A stretch of DNA of 64,000 nt from a virus. The stretch is from positions 32,001-96,000 of the IMG/VR virus record IMGVR_UViG_3300032304_003098, one strand, 5' to 3'. The notes beneath the pieces were generated by a model. It searched no databases. It was not told the origin of the DNA and saw only the letters and a program-made list of their open reading frames with translations. The position numbers and the translations under genes were made by a program. The first letter of the stretch is position 1; each line of letters opens with the position of its first letter. Shown piece after piece: positions 38,161-47,033 of the stretch.

Positions 38161-40908
38161 ATGCTAATTCCAAAATGTTTAACAGACCAGCAAATTTCCA
38201 ATTTTGTAGACAGGGTCAATGAAACGGCTGATGAAATCATAGTAGACAGCAAATTCGAAATACCCAGACCCGAATTACCTGGGCTAGGTTTATTGGTGAA
38301 GCTCCAAATTAGAATTTTTGAAAAATCAATCCTCAGCAATCTAGCCCCTATTTTAATAGGTAAACAAATTTTAGAAGAAGCTTTCAAACGATTGAATGTT
38401 CTAGGTTACATTAGAGAAAGATTAAATGAATTAAGAACCTTTTTTTCGAATCCAATCCAGTTTCTTTTGGACCAAGGAGTGAATAACCCATTAGCCGAAG
38501 ATTTTCCTTTCCCTGTTGCTTTGCTCTTTGGCAACAGGTCTTCCGGAGGAAATACACAAACATTGTTAAGAGAAATTGAGACTGTCCCTACCGAAATAAC
38601 TTCTTCTGATCTTCTTTTCAATTACAAAATTGAATTTAATTCCATCTTAGATCCAGAATCCGGGATCATCACAACTCCCAACGATTCTCTGGAAACTTTA
38701 AGACAAATGAAAATTAACTTCGTCAGTGAAAATGGTGAAACTGATTCTCCATTGGTTTTTCTCAAACCTGGAGATTATTTTTCGTTAGATTTCGAAAATT
38801 TTACCAACACATTCAGAGTTTCCTCTGTTGATTTGGGAACAAACTTTGTTTCACTTTTTTTTCAATTGGAGGCAAGTTCTTCCCAAAGTCTTGGAACACA
38901 AGAAGAAAAAGTTTTTGTGCCCGGATTTTCAAATGCTTCCTTGAGACTATCAAGAAAAATAAACTTAAGACAATTTCTTACTCCCGATGGTTTTTTAAGA
39001 ATCCCATTTTCTGCTTTGGGTATCAATCTCCCGTTAATAGATAGAATTTCTTTAGAACTTGGAAATTTTGATCGACTTTCGGAAAACAATCCAACTTATA
39101 AATTTATTAAAGACCTTGAGGCCAGGACCAATTTGGATTTCTCCAAAGTCTTAGGGGATATGATCGATGGAATTTTCCCGGTAATTGATTGGGAAGAAAT
39201 TCAAAAAGATCCTACATTAAGAAATGCCCAAGAAGTAGCCAAATTAGAATTATTGAATTTGGCTCGTTTTCTTCAAATTGGAACTGAAAATCCCTTTTTT
39301 CTAATTAAAATTATTTTGAATTATTTGAAATTGTTGCTGTTGCCTATTTCTGTTTTCATCTCCGTTATTCAAACAGTGGCTTCACAAATTTCCAACCCAA
39401 TTTCTTTAATTAAAACTGTTTTCAAAATTATATCAAATCCAATAAGGTTTTTATGTGATATAATTTCTGATGCTTTTTTAAAATTTCTTCGTCCCTATTT
39501 AGAACCTCCGCTAATACCTTTGATCCCGTGGAATGAACTTGTACAAGATCCAAATGATCGAGGTAGAGGACTCAAGCCTTTATTTTCTGATCTTATTTGT
39601 GGGTCTTTTGATAGAAAATTAAACTCATATAAACCAGATGCAAATTTCTTTGTTCGGGAGTCATCTAAGTTACAAACTTTACCTGGAGAAAGTCCAATCG
39701 TGCAATTGAGTTATAATTTAACCCAAAATCCTATCCCAGAGTTGGGAGAGGTTAGTTTACAATCCCAAATTCTGAACCAAAATAGTTCTATGAGATTTAG
39801 CACAATCACAGATACGGTAGAAAATGGTTTGGCTTATTTGGCTTCTCTTAAAGTAGGGGACACGTTTTATTTGAGTTCAAATGGACAATTTCAAAATTTT
39901 AGAGTTACTGCCAAAAACTTATTGGAATTTAATCAGCAATCATATTTCGATTTCCTTGTGCAGCCTGTGGATGTGGTTGAAGTTTATGGAAATTCAGAAA
40001 ATCAACAACTTCAATCTGCCTATAATGGGATAGTTTCTGACCAATTTAAAGCCTCTATTAGTGTGAATAATCCCAATAAAACTTTTCTGTTTATTTTGGA
40101 GAGATACTTACCCCTTAAAGCTATTGCAGCCTGGGAAAGTATCAAAGGATTATTCTCGATCACTGTTGCTTTGGCTGCTCAAATTCCCCGTTTAATCCCA
40201 TTGTGTTTTACCTGTATTTTCTCTCAAAATAAACCAAATCAAAATCCTATTTCTCAAACACAAGAGGCTTCCGGAGATTTACTCCAAGGTTTGATTTCTT
40301 CGTTAGGCATTGAAACCGATCCAAATAGGAACAACTTTGGGGAATATAAATCGGGAGAGGCTAGAGAGATTTCTCAAGAATTTTTTAGAGACATTTTATT
40401 GAGAGAGATTTATCCAGGGCAGCCGGGGGGTTCCGAAAATGCACCTAATACGGAAGGAGGGATTCAAGAAGTCCTTCTGGATCTTCAAAAAATAAGACAA
40501 GAGGAGGGAAAGCCTATTTCTGTTTTCAGAAGAAATTTACCAGCGGAATTTCAATCTAACTTCCGTTGGGATTCTTTAACTTTAAATCAAATCGGGGAGA
40601 ATCTGAAAGTTCTTTCCAGAGTAGCATACGAACTTTCTTTTAGAGCAACTGACAGAAGCCAAAGTGATTTGGTTGATAAATCGATTCCTATCACAGTATG
40701 GGCTTTGAACGAAAATGGAGAAGGTGAGTTCAAGTTAATCAACAACGGTCAACTATTTCAATCTTTTCTGGATTATTCTTTTTTCAGAAATTATGATCCT
40801 GAAATACCCACAACTGAAAATAGGTTTGAAGCAAGATTTGTGAGGTATTATGTTCAATACAATTTTAGGTTCGCCAAAGATATTTTATTACCTGCTCTTC
40901 AAAATTAA
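38161..40908 (+). CDS. Large hypothetical tail/baseplate-associated protein
   Basis: 915 aa ORF after gp5; amphipathic NPI/NPF helices, duplicated beta module. Confidence 0.6.
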   Translation: MLIPKCLTDQQISNFVDRVNETADEIIVDSKFEIPRPELPGLGLLVKLQIRIFEKSILSNLAPILIGKQILEEAFKRLNVLGYIRERLNELRTFFSNPIQFLLDQGVNNPLAEDFPFPVALLFGNRSSGGNTQTLLREIETVPTEITSSDLLFNYKIEFNSILDPESGIITTPNDSLETLRQMKINFVSENGETDSPLVFLKPGDYFSLDFENFTNTFRVSSVDLGTNFVSLFFQLEASSSQSLGTQEEKVFVPGFSNASLRLSRKINLRQFLTPDGFLRIPFSALGINLPLIDRISLELGNFDRLSENNPTYKFIKDLEARTNLDFSKVLGDMIDGIFPVIDWEEIQKDPTLRNAQEVAKLELLNLARFLQIGTENPFFLIKIILNYLKLLLLPISVFISVIQTVASQISNPISLIKTVFKIISNPIRFLCDIISDAFLKFLRPYLEPPLIPLIPWNELVQDPNDRGRGLKPLFSDLICGSFDRKLNSYKPDANFFVRESSKLQTLPGESPIVQLSYNLTQNPIPELGEVSLQSQILNQNSSMRFSTITDTVENGLAYLASLKVGDTFYLSSNGQFQNFRVTAKNLLEFNQQSYFDFLVQPVDVVEVYGNSENQQLQSAYNGIVSDQFKASISVNNPNKTFLFILERYLPLKAIAAWESIKGLFSITVALAAQIPRLIPLCFTCIFSQNKPNQNPISQTQEASGDLLQGLISSLGIETDPNRNNFGEYKSGEAREISQEFFRDILLREIYPGQPGGSENAPNTEGGIQEVLLDLQKIRQEEGKPISVFRRNLPAEFQSNFRWDSLTLNQIGENLKVLSRVAYELSFRATDRSQSDLVDKSIPITVWALNENGEGEFKLINNGQLFQSFLDYSFFRNYDPEIPTTENRFEARFVRYYVQYNFRFAKDILLPALQN

Positions 40909-40922
40909 GATTTCGTTTTTAG

Positions 40923-40966
40923 TTTAGGTTTTGAAAAGATATATAGATTGTCTTTTTAAACCTAAA
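40923..40966 (+). promoter_or_regulatory. Hairpin with GATATATA late promoter at apex, covering the S1 leader
   Basis: TTTAGGTTT(T)GAAAAGATA-TATAGAT-TGTCTTTTTAAACCTAAA; GATATATA 40938-40945. Confidence 0.7.
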
Positions 40967-40969
40967 AAA

Positions 40970-42130
40970 ATGAAATCAAAAAAAATTTCTATCGAAACCA
41001 CAGGTTTCAACTGGGATATTCCCAACAATTTCACGGTTAATTCTAAATTCAAAACCGCAGAAAAAACCAAAGTTTATTGTCACGAGAGTTACGCTTTGGA
41101 ATTGTACAATCTCATGGTAAGCAACATGATGGGGTTGAATGTCTCTAAAGATTTAACACCAGGTGTTTCTTACTCTTGTGTCATCTCCGCTTCGGATGCA
41201 ACACACGCATTGGCACAAACTTCATCCGGCCAAACCATCTACATCGACCTTAAAAAAGAAAAAAAGGATGCTGATAGATTAGGCCTGGGGGAGGTAATCA
41301 ATTTCGAAGTCGGCAACGAGGTTTCCGCTGTTGTGAGACAAATCTCTGGTACCTATTACGGTTCGGTCGTTGAAAGTTACACTCAAAATTTGAAAACCGA
41401 ATTCTTTGATCAAATCAAAAAGGAAACTCTGGCTTACGAAGCTAGAGTGGAGTCTATCAATAAAGGAGGATACATTGTGGATGTTCATGGAATCAAATGT
41501 TTCTTACCTGGATCCTTAGCTGCTGCTAATAAGATTACTGACTTTGACGCTTATATTGGCAAAAAGTTTTATGTTATGATTGATGGTTACGTGGCAGCAA
41601 AAGACATTTTTGTTGTTTCCTACAAAAAGTATTTACAAAGAATCATGGATCATAAAATCCAAGAACTAGATTTGAGTAAAAAATACAAAGGACATGTAAC
41701 AGGTACTTCTGCTTTTGGTGTTTTTGTCGAATGGGAAGAAATTTTCACTGGATTAATTCATAAAACTGAATTCGAAAATCAAGTTATAACTGGTTTTAAT
41801 CCTGGAGATGAAATTGAATTTTACATCAAAGAAATTAAAGACGACAATAGATTGACTTTGACCTTTGGAGAACCTTTAGAAAAAAATAAGTGGTTGTTCG
41901 AATTGAAGAAAAGTGTAGAAGAAGGCACAATCGAACCCATGGAAGCTATTGTTAAGCACAAAAGAAAAAATGGAGCCTTGATTGAAATTGGGGACTCTGG
42001 CCAACTAGCACTAGTTCCACAGGAAAAATTGGGCAAAAATTCAAAAAATCTTCAAGCTGGTGACACCATTAGAGTTCAGGTTTATCAGGTAGATGCCTTA
42101 GCAGGAAAAATATTCGCTCGACAAGTTTAA
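40970..42130 (+). CDS. rpsA: Ribosomal protein S1-like multi-S1-domain protein
   Basis: NKGGYIVDVHGIKCFLPGSL and GHVTGTSAFGVFVE...TGLIHKTE resemble rpS1 domains 2 and 3. Confidence 0.8.
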   Translation: MKSKKISIETTGFNWDIPNNFTVNSKFKTAEKTKVYCHESYALELYNLMVSNMMGLNVSKDLTPGVSYSCVISASDATHALAQTSSGQTIYIDLKKEKKDADRLGLGEVINFEVGNEVSAVVRQISGTYYGSVVESYTQNLKTEFFDQIKKETLAYEARVESINKGGYIVDVHGIKCFLPGSLAAANKITDFDAYIGKKFYVMIDGYVAAKDIFVVSYKKYLQRIMDHKIQELDLSKKYKGHVTGTSAFGVFVEWEEIFTGLIHKTEFENQVITGFNPGDEIEFYIKEIKDDNRLTLTFGEPLEKNKWLFELKKSVEEGTIEPMEAIVKHKRKNGALIEIGDSGQLALVPQEKLGKNSKNLQAGDTIRVQVYQVDALAGKIFARQV

Positions 42131-43521
42131 TGAACTCACATTTTGACAAATACCAGGCTCTCTCTTCTGCCATTCTCGGATTTGAATTTGAATTCTTTTC
42201 CGAGATGGTTAGAGGCCGAATTGTCGAGTCTTTGTCTAAATTATTGAACAAAAAAGTCGTTTTATCTGACAAGTACCACTCCAAAATTCCAGTCAGCGCC
42301 AATAGCTTCAAGTTGGAACCCGATTATTCAGGAGGCAGTAAAATGAACGAACTCGTCACAGGTCCTATGCCTTATGGGGAAGCTATGCCTGTGTTAATTA
42401 AGATTTTGAAATGGATTGAGTCCAACGGTTGGACCAACGATCATTGTGCATTTCAATTTTCAATTTCATTTGATCCCACTAATCGGGAATTGGAAAAAAT
42501 GGAAAGATTAGACCGCCTGAAGTTTATCTTGGGTATTGACGAGGGAATTGTGTATTCTTCTTTTGGAAATCGAACCAACAATGTGTATGCTAAATCTCTA
42601 AAAAAGATTGTTCCAGCCAATAAATTTTCTATTTTAGAAAATATCACCAGCATAGATCCCAAACTTTTCAAATTGCCAGGCGAGAAATATTATGGAGCCA
42701 ATTTCACCAAATTGCAAGACGGATATGTTGAAATACGCTATCTTGGAGGCAAGGATTACCAAAAGAAAATTGGACCTATTTTAGAAGTCACAGATTACGT
42801 TACACTGTTGTTACATGACATTTTATCCGGTAAAAAAGGATATGGTCAAGGTGATGTGGAAAAGTTACAGGAGATGATGAGACAGCACACAAAAGTGGTC
42901 AGAAGCTTCTCAAATCCAGATTCTTTCTTTGTAAATTATCCAGATTTCCACGTGTTGGTCGATTTGAAGGGTTACGAAGAAAACATCAAAACTTATTGGT
43001 CACACATCAGAGAAAAAATTTTCGACCTTATTGTGGAAGGTGGAATAAACTCTTGTTTCTTCAATTATGATACCTCGATTGGGCGGTTCCAGATCAAGGA
43101 TGCTAAAAGTAAAAATGGTCTGATTCTGAAAGACATTGATATTTTCGATAGCGTAGTAAAAAATGGAAAATTATCAAATTGTAATTTATACGGAACTCAG
43201 GTTAAAAATTCAGAGTTGTATGATTGCAAACTTGTTTTTGGTAACAAACTTTTCGAAAGCAAATTTCAAAATTCAATTGCAGACTATGGTAACCTATTGG
43301 AGAATTGTTATATAGATTGTCCTCAACAAATGGTAGACTGTGAAGTTAAAGGCGGAGTGTTAAGGAAAGCAGATTTGGGTAGAAATTCGCTCATTTCAGA
43401 ACAAACTGAAAAGGTGAAAGATTTCAATGAAATCAGAACAAGTCGTTTTATTTCCGATTCTAGATTGAAAAATTTGAACAACCCAATCACCAAGATTAAA
43501 TTCAAAAATATCAACTACTAA
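42130..43521 (+). CDS. Putative amidoligase (COOH-NH2 ligase type 2) with C-terminal beta-helix-like repeats
   Basis: GFEFEF, EPDYSGG, ELVTGP, KYYGANF, YVEIRYLGG. Confidence 0.7.
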   Translation: MNSHFDKYQALSSAILGFEFEFFSEMVRGRIVESLSKLLNKKVVLSDKYHSKIPVSANSFKLEPDYSGGSKMNELVTGPMPYGEAMPVLIKILKWIESNGWTNDHCAFQFSISFDPTNRELEKMERLDRLKFILGIDEGIVYSSFGNRTNNVYAKSLKKIVPANKFSILENITSIDPKLFKLPGEKYYGANFTKLQDGYVEIRYLGGKDYQKKIGPILEVTDYVTLLLHDILSGKKGYGQGDVEKLQEMMRQHTKVVRSFSNPDSFFVNYPDFHVLVDLKGYEENIKTYWSHIREKIFDLIVEGGINSCFFNYDTSIGRFQIKDAKSKNGLILKDIDIFDSVVKNGKLSNCNLYGTQVKNSELYDCKLVFGNKLFESKFQNSIADYGNLLENCYIDCPQQMVDCEVKGGVLRKADLGRNSLISEQTEKVKDFNEIRTSRFISDSRLKNLNNPITKIKFKNINY

Positions 43522-43522
43522 T

Positions 43523-44308
43523 ATGACTTTAGAAGAATTGATTCAGGAAATTAAGGATGATCTTTCAGCTAGTTGCGCTTTGCCTTATAATCTCAACGAC
43601 CAAGAGATCAAAAGAATTATCAATCGTGCTAAGGCCTGGATGTATGACAACTATCAGTATGCAGTCGAAAAAAGGTACTTTGTCCTGGGGGGTGCTTTCT
43701 TCCAAACCCCTCAATTTAGAAACACCAGACAGGTTCAACTCCCAGATAAGATTGTCACAGTTTTCGATGTGAGAGAAACCAACGGGAATGGAATTTCTGG
43801 CAACCCAGACAAAGATTTCGGAGATTCAAAGTTGATTGGTTCCGAACTCCTGCTTTCTCCTTTTACTGGGGACAATCTGGTTTATAGAACTGTAATGTAT
43901 TCTTATTTTGATTTGGCTAAGGCTTATCTTCTGCCAACTTACGCTTTCAGTTGGAATAAAAACACCAAAAAATTAACCATTCTGGGTAGAGATCCAACTC
44001 CCCCCATTAGGTCGTCTTCTCCCCAAAGTAACGCTGGCGGTTACAATTTGACACAGTCTGTAGTTGTCAGTTGCTACGTGGCAATCGAGGATTATGAATT
44101 ATACAATGATGAACTTTTTATTCGATATTGTTTTGCTAAAGCCAAACAATCTTTAGTAAAAGTATTGAGTGCGTTCGATTATAACCTACCCGGAGGCGTA
44201 AGAGTGAACACTTCCACTTTGTCACAAGAAGCTTCTACCGAATTACAGGAGGTGATGGCTATGATTAATGGCGAAAACACGCCATCTTATTTTTTGCAGT
44301 GGTCGTGA
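43523..44308 (+). CDS. gp13: Neck protein (gp13-like)
   Basis: FSWNKNTKKLTILG, LFIRYCFAKAK, LPGGVRVN. Confidence 0.75.
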   Translation: MTLEELIQEIKDDLSASCALPYNLNDQEIKRIINRAKAWMYDNYQYAVEKRYFVLGGAFFQTPQFRNTRQVQLPDKIVTVFDVRETNGNGISGNPDKDFGDSKLIGSELLLSPFTGDNLVYRTVMYSYFDLAKAYLLPTYAFSWNKNTKKLTILGRDPTPPIRSSSPQSNAGGYNLTQSVVVSCYVAIEDYELYNDELFIRYCFAKAKQSLVKVLSAFDYNLPGGVRVNTSTLSQEASTELQEVMAMINGENTPSYFLQWS

Positions 44309-44362
44309 AAAATATACATTTTTCATTCCAGATTTTCCAATTTTTCCTTCTTATTTTACCTG

Positions 44363-44370
44363 GATATATA
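44363..44370 (+). promoter_or_regulatory. Putative late promoter GATATATA
   Basis: 19 nt before gp25 ATG. Confidence 0.7.
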
Positions 44371-44389
44371 ATGGGAAAGCAATTTTTCC

Positions 44390-44761
44390 ATGATAGAAAT
44401 TTACAATCGAGATCCAGGAGATCCTTTTTATAAATCCGATGTTTTAGAAACAACAGATCCGATCGAAATTTGCATCGGTCAACTTAAAATGTTGTTACTA
44501 ACGATCAAAGGAGAGGTACTTGGAGATCCCTCTTTTGGTTTAAGTTTAGAGGAATTGGTTTTTAGCCAAGAGCTTTCACAAAAAACACTCACTGACGAAA
44601 TTGCCAGGCAAATCAAAAATTATGTGCCTATTTTCTATCAATTGAATGGCTATTTCAATGTTGAATTTTATGCTGGCACAGAAAGAGATATTGTCTATCT
44701 AAATTTCTTTATTCCAAGCTACGGTGGCAAAAGTCCCCTGGTTTCCCTGAAAGTAACTTAA
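44390..44761 (+). CDS. gp25: Baseplate wedge/sheath initiator gp25-like
   Basis: LLLTIKGEVLGDPSFGLSLEELVF. Confidence 0.85.
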   Translation: MIEIYNRDPGDPFYKSDVLETTDPIEICIGQLKMLLLTIKGEVLGDPSFGLSLEELVFSQELSQKTLTDEIARQIKNYVPIFYQLNGYFNVEFYAGTERDIVYLNFFIPSYGGKSPLVSLKVT

Positions 44762-44765
44762 AAGT

Positions 44766-46496
44766 ATGTCAACTAATATTTTCCAGAAAAACAATATCCT
44801 GATTAGAGGTCTGTTAAACGACACCTACAATTTTCTTCAGAGAACTTACAATCAAACTCGAAATGTGTTTACTGTTGCCTCTGCCTGGGGTCAAATTCTT
44901 TTTGTGTTGGAAAATATTTCTCAGCTGATTTTATACTTTATCGAGGATTCAATCACAGAATTAAACATTTATCAGGCCAGCCGGGACTATTCCATCAAAA
45001 GTTTAGCCCGGATTGCTGGTTATGATCCCGCAAGAGGCATGGCTGCTCAAGGAGAAGTTGCTATCACCTGGAATTTGAGAGAATCTGATGTGGCTGGAGG
45101 AGCAGTGATTTTGTCTGGCAGACCTAAAATACAATGTGAACAAAATGGATTAATTTACACTCTGTTACTGAATGGACCTTCGGTTAAAGTTCCTTTAAAT
45201 AGAGGGGCTACCTTCAATTTTAAGATTGTACAAGGGGCTTTTCAAACATCTACTTTTACTGGAACTGGAGCAGCTTTACAAAGTTATAATGTCATATCAA
45301 AATCTGGAACTTTAATAGACCAATTTTACGTTGATATTTCAGTCAACGATGTGCCATGGAAAAAATATTTTTCTTTGTATGATATTCCTTTGAATGCTAG
45401 AGGCTATCTGGTTAAATCCGGGATTTCTGAAGGAATTGATATTTATTTTGGGAATGGAAATTTTGGACAACCCCCATTAAGAGGAAGTATTATCAAAGCT
45501 GAATATCTTCAAACAAGCGGATTTAGTGGCAACATTGCCTCTAGAAAAGATTTGCAATTGACCTATCGATTTATGGATACTGGCACAGATCTATTTGGTA
45601 AAGAGGTTAATTTAAACACGTATCTTACAATTTTAGGAGTGCTGGATCCATCTTTTGGCAGTGATCCAGAACCCATTGAATTAACTCGTTTGGTCGCACC
45701 CAAAACTTCTAGAGCCTTTGTGTTTGCTAACTCGGAGAACTATGAAATTTATTTACAAAGATTTAACATTTTCTCTCAGATCCATGCATTCACCACTTAT
45801 GGAGATGATTTTTTAGATGATGATAACGTTATTTATCTTTTCCTGGTACCCGATGTATCGATTAATATTTTGAGTGGTCAGGATTATTTTGACGTGCCGG
45901 CAGAAAATTTCGTTTTAACCACTGCTCAGAAGCTTTCGATTTTAAATTTATTGGAAGATTCCGGACAAATGATTGCCACAACTGTTGTGAAAATTTTAGA
46001 TCCGGAAATTCAAAACTTCGTTGGAAATCTAGTTTTGTCTATTTTCGAAGGTTATGACCCAGAAATTATCAAGGACAAAGCTCGTAGTTCTATTGCTGAG
46101 TATTTCTTAAATTTGAAAAGAAGAGATAGAATTCCAAAATCGGACATCATTGCTATTGTTGAAGCAATTGAGGGGGTTGATTCCGTTTCTTTTTATTTTG
46201 TGGGTCAGACCAACGAAGAATATCACACCGCGGTTGATAAACTACCTAATGTTAGTACGGCTCAATTAAATCGTCAAATTGGTTTAGACGAGTTTGGCGA
46301 CGTTATAATTAACACAGGAGAATTGGTTTTGATAAGAGGTGGTTGGACGGATAGGTATGGCACGTATTACGAGGTCGGCATTGTACCAGGTAAACCATCC
46401 GCTTTGAATATTGTGATTTCTTCAATCAATCCTAGAACCCTCTCAAATCAATTAAGCTTGGAGCAAAGAGCAAAAATCATAGCTCAAAATCAGTAG
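44766..46496 (+). CDS. gp6: Baseplate wedge protein gp6-like
   Basis: SIKSLARIAGY, IYFGNGNFG.PP, GSDPEPIE; follows gp25. Confidence 0.85.
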   Translation: MSTNIFQKNNILIRGLLNDTYNFLQRTYNQTRNVFTVASAWGQILFVLENISQLILYFIEDSITELNIYQASRDYSIKSLARIAGYDPARGMAAQGEVAITWNLRESDVAGGAVILSGRPKIQCEQNGLIYTLLLNGPSVKVPLNRGATFNFKIVQGAFQTSTFTGTGAALQSYNVISKSGTLIDQFYVDISVNDVPWKKYFSLYDIPLNARGYLVKSGISEGIDIYFGNGNFGQPPLRGSIIKAEYLQTSGFSGNIASRKDLQLTYRFMDTGTDLFGKEVNLNTYLTILGVLDPSFGSDPEPIELTRLVAPKTSRAFVFANSENYEIYLQRFNIFSQIHAFTTYGDDFLDDDNVIYLFLVPDVSINILSGQDYFDVPAENFVLTTAQKLSILNLLEDSGQMIATTVVKILDPEIQNFVGNLVLSIFEGYDPEIIKDKARSSIAEYFLNLKRRDRIPKSDIIAIVEAIEGVDSVSFYFVGQTNEEYHTAVDKLPNVSTAQLNRQIGLDEFGDVIINTGELVLIRGGWTDRYGTYYEVGIVPGKPSALNIVISSINPRTLSNQLSLEQRAKIIAQNQ

Positions 46497-46499
46497 GCT

Positions 46500-47030
46500 A
46501 TGGCACAAGATTTTTCCCCTAATTTTCCTCAAAATACAGTTAATTCTTATACTGTAAGTGGAGTAAAGTTCAAATCCTCAACTCCTGCGTTTGAAACTAA
46601 TAACGATTTATATTTAACCGTACAACAAGCTGAGCTTAGAGCATATAATTTGGGTTGCACCGGCTATAGAAGCGCTATTACAAATTCTGTGGGTCAAATT
46701 CAATATGCACCTTGTTCTTCAATCAGCACTTATCAAATGATAATGAGTCAAATGACACCTGCCAATAGTCCCAGAAGATGGTATACCTTTGACCCCACCG
46801 AAAATATAAATGATCTTCAGTCCTCCATCAATAATTTTGGCTACGAGGGATTTGATTATAAAAATCAAATCTTTGAAAGAACAATGTCTAATCTTTTATT
46901 TCGGGATCCCACTAAAAATCTAATTTTAGAATATTTTCAAAGAGTTGTGTTTGCTTTAATTGAAAGTGTTAAACAAATTAAAAACTACTTCAATTACACC
47001 GTACCTTTTAATAACAGAAAAGTGTTTTAA
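46500..47030 (+). CDS. Hypothetical baseplate-region protein with DUF3721-like motif
   Basis: TVQQAELRAYNLGCTGYR...YAPC. Confidence 0.6.
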   Translation: MAQDFSPNFPQNTVNSYTVSGVKFKSSTPAFETNNDLYLTVQQAELRAYNLGCTGYRSAITNSVGQIQYAPCSSISTYQMIMSQMTPANSPRRWYTFDPTENINDLQSSINNFGYEGFDYKNQIFERTMSNLLFRDPTKNLILEYFQRVVFALIESVKQIKNYFNYTVPFNNRKVF

Positions 47031-47033
47031 TTT

